DNA of 64,000 bases from Paraspadella gotoi (lineage: Eukaryota > Animalia > Chaetognatha): the NCBI GenBank assembly GCA_051294375.1, contig CM119264.1, forward strand, positions 30,011,693 through 30,075,692. Direction: 5' to 3'. The notes beneath the pieces are model-generated. The model was not told the origin of the DNA and searched no databases. It was given only the letters and a program-made list of their open reading frames with translations. The translations under genes and the position numbers were made by a program. Below are positions 1-28,781 of the stretch, piece after piece. Position 1 is the first letter of the stretch. Every line of letters begins with the position of its first letter.

Positions 1-147
1 AAAATAGAGAATAACTGGATTTAACTTTATTGTAAAAGCAAAAAGAATTAAGTTTTGTCTTGAGGCCATGTTAAGGTTTGTAAAGATAAGGAGTAAGGAG
101 TAAAGCGAAGATCTACATTTCCCAATACAATAAGTGCCTTTCTTCAC

Positions 148-1149
148 CTTTACAAAGGAGATGTACTCGACGAACTGAATGTAAGCTTCGAAAGTGAGAT
201 GAGCGTCGAAAGTAGAGAAACTCTGCGCCTCCTTCATCTGATTCCGACGATAAGGATCCAAAACGGGAATGTCAACGCAACGGATCTCGCCAAAGCTTTC
301 GAACACCTGGAAAATATTAAATTATCAAAATTAATTATTAAATTAATAGACTAAAAAGGCTAAATTAAAATTTTACCCTTTGCAGGACGTGAGGCGAAGG
401 TCGGTCTGTCTGTGGAAAACGTGAATCGTAGAACCATTTGCAGGGAAGCAATTCGAGATGAATCGTGTCGGGACGCTCCCCTGTAACAGATCACATCTAT
501 AAAATACTAAATATATAATATGTAATCATGTATATAATTGTTATTTAATAATATATACATCTTTGCAGTGACTCCAACCTGGCATCATCTCATTCATTTC
601 CTTGGAATCCCTGAAGAAAGAATCCCAGTCGTGTCTCAAGGGAAAGGGGAGACGAGCTTCGGCCGCCTTCACTTTCAAAATCTCCGTGAAGCCAGAGAGT
701 TTGATCGTCCCGCTGTCGATCCGAGACAGGACATTTTTCATGATAACTTTACTCTGGAATAAAATCCAAATAAGCCATTAAACGAATCGTTTCATTTAAT
801 TAGTGAATTAATAATTTAAACCCATACCTCTACTTCAGCTTCGAAACGCACGAAATCCATGGTGCTTTTGGCGACTTTAATCATCGTAAAAATGTCAGGT
901 TTTGCCATCGATTTGATTTTTTCCATCACTTCCCAGTTGGAGATGGATTTTCCGGGTTCGGAGAGGTGAGGCAGTTGGACGCTGATGTTTAATCGCGCAA
1001 TGGGCTTTAGAAACAATCCCTGAAGGAGAGAAATACGTTATTTAGGACATAACCGACCAAAACAGAGATAAAAACGAGGCGACACTTACCTGTAATTTGT
1101 ACAATTCTTCCAAATCGCTGGTATCGGTAAGAACGCTTGGCCCAGACAT
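148..1149 (-). CDS. AKAP17A: A-kinase anchor protein 17A (XE7 splicing factor), 5' part; multi-exon, runs off the window start
   Basis: ATG at 1149. Exon 1 is 1090-1149 (MSGPSVLTDTSDLEELYKLQ). Later exons read GLFLKPIARLNISVQLP..GKSISNWEVMEKIK..FVRFEAE and IKLSGFTEILKVKAAEA..FPLRHDWDSFFRDSKEMNEMMPG-ERPDTIHL, which matches the AKAP17A/XE7 N-terminus. Introns are GT-AG. Confidence 0.88.
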
Positions 1150-1257
1150 TTTTGCTATTTTAAAATATCTTCGAAAGATGACCTAATTATAAGACAGAAA
1201 TAAATCGCACGAATAATACGACATTTATCCCCCAAACTAACTAGTCGACCATTTCAC

Positions 1258-1271
1258 GTTTTCACAGCAAC
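1258..1271. promoter_or_regulatory. RFX X-box-like motif GTTTTCACAGCAAC
   Basis: Has a strong RGCAAC half-site and a degenerate left half. Lies between the divergent AKAP17A and BBIP1 start codons. Confidence 0.4.
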
Positions 1272-1589
1272 ATAAATTTTCGTTGCTCGTCTGCTTCTTC
1301 AAATCTCGAGAAAGGACGCATCAGCAGAAGCACGGGAGAGTGGGCCGCAGCAGAAGACCTGCTGCTCTGCCGCGTTTGAGGATATGAAAAAAAATAGTGT
1401 ATTCAATAGAATTATAAGAATAACAAGAGTTTGTTTGTATAGAGTCACGAAAAAACGTTTTTTCCAGTCGTCAGTCACATATGTGTGAATCCGGTAATAC
1501 TGTACAGAATTATCTGAAGCTGCTGTAGTTATCAAAATACTGCTGCTTCGGAGGCTGTGGCGGCGGCGGAGGCAGCTCGAGCTGCAGCG

Positions 1590-1602
1590 GTTACTAAGAA
1601 AC
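1590..1602. promoter_or_regulatory. RFX X-box-like motif GTTACTAAGAAAC
   Basis: Fits GTTRCY-N-RGHAAC, about 220 bp upstream of the BBIP1 ATG at the head of the ciliary gene array. Confidence 0.45.
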
Positions 1603-1819
1603 GTCTCCACAAACGAACATAGTATCTAAGCTCTTTTTGCGATGAGGACGCGAACTCACCTTTTTGCATCATGAGAATATTAAATAACACTTTGATATTT
1701 ATTTTGAGGATTTCTGCAGAAAAAATTTCTATTTTCTGTTAGCCTTCACTTGTAAGTTTCTTTTTCCGTTCCAGAAAAAAAAGATTTACTCGTCCGTACA
1801 GTTTTTATCAATTATAATC

Positions 1820-2143
1820 ATGTCAACGAACGCCGATGCTTTCAAAGAGATTTTGCCGAAAACTGGTCTACTCCATCACGAAGCGACGTACAACTTTGTA
1901 CTTTGTAAGCCGAAAATCATGCCACTCAAATCAATCACCTTGGAGAAACTTGAAAAAATGCAAAAGGAAGCCCAAGAACTCATTAGAGAGCAAAGCACGA
2001 GCACTCGCGTTGATCCCCGTTTGGAAAATTTTATGCCGAAGAGTAATTCGTCCGGGAACGACGACGAAAGGCCGAACGGAGGCCTCGCTCCATCAGCTCC
2101 GCCCCAAGATTTTCCCGAACAAGGAACCGGACCTTTGGGATAG
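1820..2143 (+). CDS. BBIP1: BBSome-interacting protein 1 (BBIP10/BBS18)
   Basis: 107-aa single-exon ORF with [35 protein letters not shown], the conserved BBIP10 core. AATAAA at 2178-2183. Confidence 0.88.
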   Translation: MSTNADAFKEILPKTGLLHHEATYNFVLCKPKIMPLKSITLEKLEKMQKEAQELIREQSTSTRVDPRLENFMPKSNSSGNDDERPNGGLAPSAPPQDFPEQGTGPLG

Positions 2144-2369
2144 ACGGACTTTCAAGTTTTTTGACATTTTGTCTCACAATAAAATACATAGGTCTATTCT
2201 ACACAACTTGTCAAGGTTCCTCATTTGTTCAGTTTTGCTGCTTTTTTAAATTCTACTTATTTAATATACTTTATTATGCACTTGAAGGCTTTTTGACAAA
2301 GAAAAAAAAACAACCAAAAAACGAAAATTTTTTTGCCAAATTATATATTTTGGCTTATAGAATTGAAAC

Positions 2370-4339
2370 ATGCCAGAATCAGCGGCGATCGAGGACCGTA
2401 GTTCGAGCGGAAAGCCCAAATCCACCCGGGGCAGCACCGGTGAGGTGGCCCTCGTCCCCTCTGAAAAATCTTTGGTCAAACATCGCAAATCCGCTGCCGC
2501 CGCCGACGACGACGACAACCCTTTCAAGATGCCGACGGACAACGACATCTTCTTCCTCCGCGACAAAGAGCGTCAACGACGCGCGGAGGAACGAGCGAAG
2601 ATGCGTGGATTGAAGCCGCAAGAGAAGACGACTCACTCGTCGAGGATGAACTCGAGGCGGACGGACGTCTTGAAGGAAATCAAGGCATCCTCCAAGGAGT
2701 CGACCATCGTGGAGGAGAAAGTCGAAGGCATCGAGGATAATCCACAGTGGACGCTGAGCGTAACGAGGGACAGGAACGTGGAGAAGGAAGATCTGGCGGA
2801 GTATATCGCTAAGAAGAGGGAGATGTTTCTCGTTCAATATTCGTTGGGGGTGAAAAGGTAGGAATTTAACAAAATGAATAATGAATGTGATTAGTTGTAG
2901 TTATCTATAAAATTGGTACAATCGAATTAGAATTATTCTTTCATTTAGGAAACAAGCTATCTTGTCCCTGACTTTGGGAACTTTGGGCTTAGTAATTAAT
3001 TTGATTATTTTTTTGCTATTCAAGAGACGAAATGCGAAAGTTGGAAGAGATCGCTCTGGCGGAAGAAAAAAAACTCGAATTGGCCGAGCAACATCTCGAG
3101 GAAGACGCGGCCATGTTCGACGAATTCCTCAAGGAAAACGACAAAAACTCTGTGGAGGCGATAAAAATCGCCGAAGCCGAAACCAAAGCCAAATTAGAAA
3201 AAGTCCAGGAGATAAAACGCATCAACGCACAAATGATGCACATCAAAAGCGAAATATCCAAATACGAAGACACACTTAAGGAATATCAACTCTACAAAAA
3301 GTTTTTGGATTCGCTCACGCCTCAAGAGTGGAAGGACAAAAAGAGGGAGGAAAGGAATAAAAAGAAGAAGCCCAAAGTCGTCCCCGCTGGGGCAGCCGCA
3401 GCATCTGCTCCAGGTAGTGTAGCTCCACCTCAAACTGGACCTTCGAAAATCACGAAACCGGCAGCGACGCCTTCGACGGCGGCGAAATCGACTCCGTCTA
3501 AAGGCGCCATCGCCAAGACGACCGGGAAACCGCAGTTGACGGCAGCCAAGGCCGTTGTTCCTGCAGCGCCAGCCGCTGCCGCCATAGCACCGCCTCCTGC
3601 CAACATCGAACCCGAAACGGACGAAAGCGACGACGACGATTTGGAGCTTTACTTCACGGATCCGCAACAGCTGCTCGACATCTTCGCCGAACTCGAGGAG
3701 CAGAACCTCTCGCTCATTCAGAACAGTCAAGAGACTGAAGAGGCGTTGGAAGAGATGAAGCAGAACATCGCGCAGACGAAGACGAAGATGGAGACAGAGA
3801 CGGAAGTGTTGAAGCAGCAGATCTCAGACTTGGAACAGGCCATCCGCAAGGAGGACGAAAAGGCCAAGGAGCTCGAGCTTCGATCCAAGATGTTCTCCTT
3901 CGGCGAATACAAGGCCGACGATCAGGAGAAGATGCTGCAGCAGCTCAACAAAAAGGTGGAGGAGGTTTATCGATCCTGCATCGGGGACAACGAAGCCAAC
4001 ATCTCCACGCTGCAGATGTTGACCAACATTGAGAATCGTCTCGAGGAACTCTTCGTCACCATAGAGACCATGCCCGCCGACAAGGTGGAGGCGGCGGAGA
4101 AGGCCAAGGAAAAGGAAAGGAGGATGCGGCAGCGGGAGGAGAAGCTGGACCAGCAGCGCCGCAATCAAGAGGAGAGGCTGCGGCGGGCGCTGGAGCGAGC
4201 CAAAGCCGACATCAAGAGAAAGACGGGAAAGCCTTTGGTGTTCCGATCGGAACCGCCACAGATGAAGAAGAGGGACGATTCCGACGATATGCAGGCGAAT
4301 AAGGAGGAAGAGGAGATGGCTTATTTCTTTCAGTGGTGA
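2370..4339 (+). CDS. CFAP100: Cilia- and flagella-associated protein 100 (CCDC37, MIA complex)
   Basis: Two exons (2370-2857, 3025-4339). Contains EYIAKKREMFLVQYSLGVKR-DEMRKLEE..LEEDAAMFDEFLKENDKNSVEA (DUF4200-like), LYFTDPQQLLDIFAELEEQNLSLIQNSQETEE and a C-terminal EEEEMAYFF. Confidence 0.9.
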
Positions 4340-4412
4340 CAATATCATTACATTAATTACAAATCACGTCTTAGTTTCATTTTTTTCTTGCCACAAAAAT
4401 CGGAAATCAACC

Positions 4413-4426
4413 GTTGCGTTCGCAAC
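4413..4426. promoter_or_regulatory. Palindromic X-box-like motif GTTGCGTTCGCAAC
   Basis: GTTGCG/CGCAAC inverted half-sites in the 208-bp spacer between the CFAP100 stop and the CFAP206 ATG. Confidence 0.3.
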
Positions 4427-4547
4427 GTTTCATCATATTGCTTTGTATTTGTAAATTTTATAATTCAGTTCTTTCTTTGTCTTTTATCCTTCTAACGCAA
4501 TATAATAAAATCGATAAAAAAAAGTAGTATAAAAAAACTATTGAAAT

Positions 4548-7549
<3,002 letters not shown>

Positions 7550-8192
7550 TTCGTTATGGGAGATATTATCTAATGCGCTGCCTGTAAATAATAGTTTAAA
7601 ATAATCTTCTCATTACAATCGTGCTCTTTTTTTGTTAATGACGTCTAAATGAATCTGTATTTTGCTTAAAATATAAAATGATTATTTTTTTAACAGTCGA
7701 ACGTAATTGTAGCAGAATAGCAATGAGATCAGATTTAATTTTTTAAATTTTTAAAAATTGTTTTAAGAGAGGTACGAACGATTCCATATTTGTCATACTA
7801 GTTTTCTACCGTTTCATTTTTTTTATTTAACTAATAATCATATTTAAATTTATATCAGGTTTTAAAGAGCGAAAACACTCACTGTCACGCGTCCAAATTT
7901 TAAAAATATTTTCCCATATTCTCCCGCACTATGACGATCAGCACCATCGACGATTCACGATTCAATTTTAATCCTCGCCATTTCCTAGAAATGTCATTGA
8001 ATTTCCAAGAAATGTCAACATGAAAAAAAGACGAAAAAAAAACTTTTTTTTTCGGTTTTAAAAACCGTGAAAAAAAAGCCGAATTCATTGCGTCCCATTA
8101 TAAGAAAAAGGAAAATAAAAAGCTCTAAATAACCTATTCGAATTTAATCCTAAATTTAATCCATAACTTACCCTTTTAATCTTTCACTCGCA

Positions 8193-11100
8193 ATGCCTCA
8201 CCTTTTGATCGACACTCGTCCGCCCGCCGTCAGTGACGCCTCTTTCGGCGACCTCCTCCGCACGGACGACCTCTTCGCGGATTTCTTCAACGCCTTCCTC
8301 TCTTTGCCGACCTTCGGGACTCCGTTGCGGTTCGACGGCGCCTCCGCGGCCTTCGAGGTCGTCGACGGCGCACGCGGCGCCATCTCTCGTCAAATCCGCG
8401 ATCTCTTGATCGAGGAACGACGCGTGCCCGAACTCGTCAAGGCCGTGAGGGAACACAGCTTTCGGTTGGTGGATGAAAAAAAGATTCTTATCGCTTGCTC
8501 TGTCATTCTCTGGGTCTGTTTCGACGTTTGTTTCGCCATGTATACTATCCCTGTATTTTTCAAGAATAAACTAAATAAATGATTTCAAATAATTTATTTA
8601 TAAGAGTTCTACAGCTCTATCAGAAACAAAATTCATCAATAATGGTCGCAATACATGCGTTAATTTGCTATCTTCTGAAAAGATTAGGGCAACAGCCGGG
8701 TTGCATGTGATGCCCATTTGGATGGCACATCTCACTGTTGGCTTTGGGGGCTTCAGACCCTGAATGACAACTCTTGTCCCAAGGAACTGTCTCGCTTTGT
8801 CAACGCAGAGGGAAGTCGTTAGGACTGTGGATCGAACGCAACGGTTGGGATGGTTTGCTCTTCCTCTGAGCCAATGGGATTGGCTGAACGATGATGGATG
8901 TGAAGGGGTGTGAATATATCGCCACAAGGTGAACAAATCTCCAACATTAAATTTTCAAACTTCATCCTCATCCTTCAGCCCTTTTCCCGTCCAACCGATC
9001 GTCGCCGACGAGGCCGACGACGACATCTTCCTTCCCCAAATCAACACCAACTACGAAGTTCGGGCGATGGACTTCCCCGTCGGCGTCGCCTGGCTGCGTC
9101 ACGCGCGTCTCCCCGCCTTCAGACGCAGTCGACTCTTCTCCGAGTTTCGTTTAGCTTCGATTCTCAAGCAGGGCGCCGTGTCGAAGGGCGGGTGAGGGGA
9201 GGGGAAGGCAGAGGGAAGGGGAGAGAGAAGGAATGGAGAGGAGAAGAGGAAAGGAAAGGAGGGTAGATTAAAGGAGATGAGATGAGAGAAAAAGAGCGGA
9301 GAGGAGAGAAAAAGAAAGGGAAGGAAAGAAAAGTACAAAGAAAGGGAATCGAATGATAAGGAAAATGTATAGAAGGAAAGAAAATTAAAGGAGGAACAGG
9401 AATCGAAAGGGGGAATTCTACTATTATTTCTAAAAGTACTTAATACTCTTGTATTATATTAAAGCAAAGACTTCGTGATCGTTGAATTTCGTCCCCTTGA
9501 CGACGACGCCGAAGATTCCGAAGAACGCGCCGCCGCCCGCGTCTGGCGCCGCGACGCCACAAGAGACAGCGCCGTCTCGTCCTCGTGGCGCAGCAGCTCA
9601 GAGTCGCCGACGAAATCGCGCCGCTCGACGCCGGTTCGTCCAGGCGACGGAAAATCGAGAACGGCGTCGCCGGCGTCGCTGACTTCCGACGAAGGAATCG
9701 AAGACGAAGAGGCGACGAGGGAGAAGACGACGACGACGACGACGACGGAGTTGACGTTAGTATCGAGGTTTCCATAAATATATTAAAGAAATTCGAAAAT
9801 TATTAATTAATAAAATTGCTTCAAAATCACGGGCGAGAATAATAATCATTAGCATCAAGGGAAATGCTCGTCGTCAAATGCGTCTGCTTTTGTAGCCGAT
9901 AGTCGGCCAAGCTGACCCCAAGATACGACAAAGTTTATAATGGCCGAAAATCGAGGCTTTTGAATTCCAAAAGATCGCCGCTTTTAAACAAAAGATCATC
10001 TTGAGGCGGCATGATATCCTTATTGACGCCGAGGTTTCGTGTCCGCGGCTGATTGAGACGGACCGGTTAACCCTTCAGTAGCTGAAGCTCCTCGATGGTC
10101 AGTTCTGAAATTTGTGTGCCACATCAATTAGACATTTATCCTCATCCCTCTTCTTCCAAAGACCATTTCACGTCCCTCTATCGGTCGCCGACCCTCAACC
10201 GTCAACCGTCGAATCTTTCGATTCTCTCTCTCCTCCCTTCGTCGCGGGAGAGAAGGCGGACGCAGCTCAAACTCCCGATCCGAGACCGACCAAGCAATCC
10301 AACGACGAAAGAGACAATCACTTTGACTTTGCACAAGCAACCATCGACAATCAAAGATCGCTTACGGAACAGAACTTGCAGCTGCAGCAGCGGCAGCAGC
10401 GGCAGCAGAATCAGAGAGTTAAACAAATGGGCAATCGGGTGACGTTCGAGTCGACGTCGAGAGAGGAAAACGAGGAAGGGATGGGGATTTCGAGAGCCGC
10501 CAGCAAGACATACGAGATCAACGGACTCAGAAAAGAGGAAGAGGTTAGAGAGAGANNNNNNNNNNNNNNNNNNNNNNNNNNNNNNNNNNNNNNNNNNNNN
10601 NNNNNNNNNNNNNNNNNNNNNNNNNNNNNNNNNNNNNNNNNNNNNNNNNNNNNNNNNNNNNNNNNNNNNNNNNNNNNNNNNNNNNNNNNNNNNNNNNNNN
10701 NNNNNNNNNNNNNNNNNNNNNNNNNNNNNNNNNNNNNNNNNNNNNNNNNNNNNNNNNNNNNNNNNNNNNNNNNNNNNNNNNNNNNNNNNNNNNNNNNNNN
10801 NNNNNATCTTCCCGTCGAGATTTCGAGTCGTTGATGCGATTTCTTCGCGGGACGGAAGGAGAGAAGCTCCTCAACCTTTGGCTCGATCTCGACGCCCTCT
10901 CTCGAATGGAGGAGGAGATGAACGGGGTGGCGGCGAAGGCGGCCACGGCGTTGATCAGAGAAAAGTATACGCGGGTCGGGGCGCCGCTGTGTCTTAGGTG
11001 AGTGGAGATGAACTGGGTGTTTATAAACTAGACCGCGAAAGAGTCTTGATTTGAAGACTTGCTATATTATAATCCTGTTTAGACCCGACATCTCCTCCAA

Positions 11101-13103
11101 ACTTGGCCTGTCAACGTCGACGCCGTGGCCTCTTAATCTCCTCTCCAGCGCCATGTCCCGCGCCGTTCAGCCTCTCATCAGCTATTGGGTCCCTCGCTTC
11201 CTTCTCAGCCTCCGCGATTCTCGATCGGCGACGTCGCGTCGATCTCTCCTCGATCGCGGCGTCTCTGCCCTCAAGCCACGCCCACAATCTTATCCCTCCT
11301 ACAAAGTCATGAGCGCGATTCCCTTGCGACCGAAGCGGCGCGATCAATCGTCTTCAATAGATGGCGCCGTCCCGCGACGCCGAAGACGCCCGGACCCGCC
11401 GTCGCCCTCCTTTGATACGGCGCCGGTCAAACGAGCCGAGGATCCCGGTGCCGGACGATCCGCGCCGCCCGAAGCCGTTCGTCGCCTCTTCCATCTGCCC
11501 GGCGTCGTGCCGAGAAAATTTATGAGTGAGGCAGCGGCGAAGGAGGCGGCCAACGCCGCGGAGNNNNNNNNNNNNNNNNNNNNNNNNNNNNNNNNNNNNN
11601 NNNNNNNNNNNNNNNNNNNNNNNNNNNNNNNNNNNNNNNNNNNNNNNNNNNNNNNNNNNNNNNNNNNNNNNNNNNNNNNNNNNNNNNNNNNNNNNNNNNN
11701 NNNNNNNNNNNNNNNNNNNNNNNNNNNNNNNNNNNNNNNNNNNNNNNNNNNNNNNNNNNNNNNNNNNNNNNNNNNNNNNNNNNNNNNNNNNNNNNNNNNN
11801 NNNNAATGATGTACTTGCATCATTAAACATTTAAACATTCTCTTCCTCAGCCTCCGCCGCGCCGACAGCGACGCCTCAGTCGCCAGCTCCGTTTTCTTGG
11901 GCGGACGGCGCTGCGAAACTCTTCTGCAGACCCTCTGCAACGAAGAGCGCAGCGGCGGCTTCTTTCGCGCCTTCCTGCGCAACAGGAGATTGATGCGGCA
12001 CCTGCGCTGCACTGCATCGATTGGCTGGAAAGGCTGCAGGAGTTTCGTGGTGCTGCACTACGAACCTCTTGTCAAGACTCGAGACGTCGCGCAGCCTCGC
12101 AAATGCGATATTCCTGGATATCGTGCCGCAGGGCCCTTCGCCGTTGGTAATGAGCATAACTAGGTTACTAAGCTGGATAGCTAGAGATAGTTCATCAAGA
12201 ATTAGAAGCATATAACCGCAAAGGTCCTGGGTTCTAGCACTATGGACCGCCTTAATAGTTAAAAAAAGTCGGCGCGCTTGTTGCTTCCGCCTTAAGCAGA
12301 GTGCTGCAGCCTGATCATGATTAAACTAAGTAATGAAATAACGATGAACTGTATTGTTTGTAAACAAATATCGATTGTTTAATGTTTATATTTGTAAGCA
12401 CTTTACAAAAGGTAAATAAGATCGACGGATTACGACGAGAGTTTATGTCTAACACACAGGGACCATCTATTATTATTTTAAAACTATTGTTCTGCTTCTT
12501 CATTGAAGAGCACCTTTAGCCTAAAGCAAAGATAAAATTCAGACTTTCTCCTCCAATCAGTTGTCCTCCCAAAGATGATCAAGTCTGTCGTCACGTCGCC
12601 TGACTCCAGCTTACGAGGAGACGTTCGAGCGACGTGGAAGAGGCCTCGTCCTTGAGAGACTCTCTACGAGGCTTGACAATGAGGGACGAAGCCGTCGGCA
12701 ACGGACAGCCTGAGAGTTGTCAGATCAAGAGAGTCCACGAACAAGGGGCTAAGATCATGAGCAAATACGGGCCTAGGGGACTCTTCAAGCAAAATTATAA
12801 GAGGTAATAATTATATTCAAGGTTAGTTTGCAAATTAATTGTTAAATTATAATTTAATAATAAATTTTCCTTCAGCAATCAACGCGGCGGCTCACCCGAA
12901 GATTTGGACAAAATGTACGACAATTCTCTTTGGGAAGACGTGCCCGAACAATATCGCGGATTCACTATCAATAATTTGATGGAGTCGAACCGAACGGAGA
13001 TTGAAAGGTTTCGAGCTTATTTACAGGTTAGCCTCTTTTGGTCTTCTTAAGAAATTTATATTTTTTCATTTAAAAGAAAAAAATTAATAATAATTTTCTT
13101 TTT

Positions 13104-13151
<48 letters not shown>

Positions 13152-15360
13152 TTTCTTTCTCTCTCTCTCTCTCTCTCCCTCCTCTCTCTCTGTCTGTCTC
13201 TCCCTCCTTTTCTCGCTCGCTCCCTCCCTCCCTCCCCCAAGGCCCACTCGGAAGGCGGCGACGTTGACCTCCGCCTCTGGGCAGACCTCGAAGCGCTCCG
13301 GCGAATTCCCGAGTCCGACTCGAAGATGCGCTCTTCTCGCAAGAAGGAAATTCGCGTCAAATACATCAACAAGAAATTCCTCGTTGGGCCAAAGAGTCGC
13401 GTCCCGAAGGCCGTCGCCGAGATGCTCGTCAATGCAGCCGGAAGTTGGAACCATCTCATCAACGGAGAGTCTCTGCCCGATGAAGTTTATCAGGTTTTTG
13501 TTTTGTTTTTTATTTATTTTATTTTATTTTTTCCTATTATTTGTTTGGTTTTTATTTAGTTTTTGTTTTATGTTTTGTTGGAGTTTTGCTTAGTTTTAGT
13601 TTTGTTTTGAATTAGTTTTGTTTATTTTTCTCTTTTTTCTTTTTAGTTTTGCTTTAATATTTGTTTTTTCTCTTTTTTTTAGGTTTTGATCCTTTCTTTA
13701 TGTTTTGTTTTCATTTTGTTTTAATTTTTTTAAATATTTGTTTTGTTTATTTTGATTTTTCCTTTTCTCCTTCAGATCCTTCGCGACTACATCTCGACCA
13801 AGTTGTCGAAGAAGTGGCTGCCTTCTTACTTGGCGTCGGAGGAATTCGCGAAGGCGCGGGCGGAGGACGAGGCGGCGAATCAGTTCGACGCCGCCGACGA
13901 AGCTGAGCGAAGGAGGAAACAGAGGATGCAGAAGATGATGCAGGTTAGGGACCACACATTTTTCTCAATGTCTGTCTGTCGAGGAATGGTTAGATAAGTT
14001 TAAAATATTTATCATATAACCTTTCTTATTATCTACTTGTGTAAACCGCCCTCTTCCCGCCAGATGTCGCTTCTTAAAAAAATATTCGCTAGATATTTTT
14101 TCTCGACAAATGTACTTTTTCTCTTTCTTCAATTTTCGTTTAATCTCGAACCATCTCCAGCTGCTGGAGAGTCGTTGGGTGACCTCGTCCGAGGACATCC
14201 TCGCCTTCCGCAAGTGTCTCCTCGACGAATCCAAGTGTCGTCATTTCCGGCGATTCGCGCTCCTCAAGGGCGAGTTGATGGACAACAACGTCTCCTTCTG
14301 GATCGAGGTGCAGAAGTTCAAAGACCTCGTCCACGCCCACTCCAATAAGGCGCTGTTGGAGCAGAAGATCGAGGCCATCGTCGGCTGTTTCATTCAGTCG
14401 GGTGGGTTAACGTCTTGTTTGTCTGTTTGTCTTATTTGGATTATATTATTTAATAATCGATTTTCCTATTCCTAGGAATGCCTCCCCCGCTTCAGATCGA
14501 CATCCCACCGGAGCAAGCAGAACGAATTATGGAGCAGAGAAACGATCTCGGACCTTATCTCTTTCGAGAGGCGCAACTCTCTTGCTTCAGGTGAGGAAAA
14601 AAAATGGGGGAAAAAGACAGGAAAGCAAACAGAAGGACAGATTAGCAAAGCAGAAAGTCAGTAAAATAAATCAAAAGGACAGAAAAGCGGTCAAAAAGAC
14701 AGAAAGCCAAAACAAAAGGACAGAAAGGCAATACTCCCAAATCTCTCTCTTGTCAGAATTCTGTTTACTCAATGGGGCGACTTCAAGACTTTCATGGAGA
14801 CGAACACAACCGAAGAAGCCATCGTCGCGGCCCTTGAGCGAAGTCACGCTTCCAAACGCGGTCGAGAGGCGGCGCGGCAGCGGCGTCAGCAGCAACAGCA
14901 GATGGCTCGGGCGCGGCAGCAGCGGGATTCGGCCGCCGGAGCCGGGTTCGGATTCCCGATGTTCTCCTCTCCGTCTGGCGGGGAAGACAAACAAGGCCGC
15001 CCCGCGGGATTCGGCGGAATCGGCGGCGGAGACTCAACAAAAGATCAACGCGATTTGGATCCGATTGAGGAACTCATGCTGAGCGAACAACAGATCCGCT
15101 TAACCTGGGTTTACTCCAAGCACGTTGAGAAGGAGAAGGCGAGGGGTCTCGAGGGCGAAGGTGGCGTCGGCGGCGTCGAAACCGGCGCCGAAGACGCCGA
15201 TTCGGTGACGACGGAAAACGGCGACACGGCGCGACGCCGGCGCGGGTCTGTCGCCGCGCAGCACGGGAGGGGAAGGAAAGGGAAAGACTCCGTCGCTCAT
15301 GGGAAGAGCGGGAAAAATACGGAGAGGAGACACGCGGACATGAGTTTGAAAATTAAATAA
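8193..15360 (+). CDS. RGS22: Regulator of G-protein signalling 22-like; multi-exon, interrupted by two N gaps
   Basis: N-terminal TDDLFADFFNAFLSLPTFGTPLRFD..FEVV. RGS-like segments DLRLWADLEAL..IRVKYINKKFLVGP, FRRFALLKGELMDNNVSFWIEVQKFKDL and PPLQIDIPPEQAERIMEQRNDLGPYLFREAQ. Some internal exon boundaries are uncertain. Confidence 0.82.
10556..10805. other. Assembly gap (N run)
   Basis: Run of n. Confidence 0.99.
11564..11804. other. Assembly gap (N run)
   Basis: Run of n. Confidence 0.99.
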
Positions 15361-16160
15361 AATAAAATAATAAAATAGAAGATTTTTTTTTGTTTTTTTT
15401 TAATTCAAGGGATTTTGGTGTTTGGTGAAAAGCTGCTTACTTTTGCATCCTCTAAATTATGGAAGGCAAAGAAACGATACCGAAAATATAAACTCACGCA
15501 CACGCAGTACAATTAAGAGAATTCCCTTGCATTTAACACTTCTCTCTCATGGAATTGTCACAATCATTTAACGATGTTGTTTATATTACCTTGTAATATG
15601 ACTGGATTCAAATCCAGGAAATGTCACTGCGTTTCATCACTAAATATTTAAATTCAACAATATTCAATCAGACAACATTAATCTAATTTATAACTAGAAA
15701 AAGCTACCTAATAATTCTAGTAATCAGGCCCGATTTATCGTTTTTTTTTAATTTTAACTCTTTGAATAACTCCAAAAGTATATATTTGCTCATTCTCTCT
15801 CTCTCTCTCTCTCTCATTCTCTCCTCTCTCTCTCCTCTCCTCTCTCTCTCTCTCTCTCTCTCTGCATGCATTTTTAGCTCTACACTCTCTACCTCTGAGA
15901 TACGATACTAAGTTACTAACAACAGAGTAGATCAAGCTACAGTGTTGCAAATGAATGCAAAAATGCAAAAATTTTAGGTTGTGATCTTTTTAGTACAAAT
16001 AGACTAAAATTACTTTCAAAATGTGCCTATATTGCCTACTATTAATAGTTTTTTTTACTCTGAATATTCCATCCACGATTATGCATTTACCCTCGATTGT
16101 TGTCACATTTTAGATTTTACAAAACATTTTTATATCCCCTGATCGAGCTCACGCTGCACC

Positions 16161-28508
<12,348 letters not shown>

Positions 28509-28781
28509 GGTTTTTTCTTCTCTAACTGTTTTTTATCGATTTGATTTTGTTTCTCCTAAATTTTTTTTCTTTTCTCACTACAAGGTAGCCACTATTATAT
28601 GAAATATTTTATAACTTGTTTCAGTAAATTATTAAAAAGACTTTTTTTTATTTGGGCAAGAATTTTATATGAATCCATAAATCGTGCATATACCGTTTTC
28701 TATAGAGATGATTTTGATTTAAAAAAAGTTTAAAGGCCGTGAAAGGTTGAATAAAAAAAACGAAACATCAGAACAATTGAA

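Noticed and set aside
1299-1610. GC-rich patches and a 103-aa ORF between AKAP17A and BBIP1 (possible small gene or structured RNA)
   Set aside because: Non-ATG start, no recognisable motif and no consistent exon chain. A minus-strand donor near 1659 and an acceptor near 1183 suggest a 5' UTR intron of AKAP17A.
8598-8936. Balanced-composition segment with a minus-strand ORF in RGS22 intron 1
   Set aside because: No recognisable domain or termini. It may be a decayed transposon fragment, but I cannot support a call.
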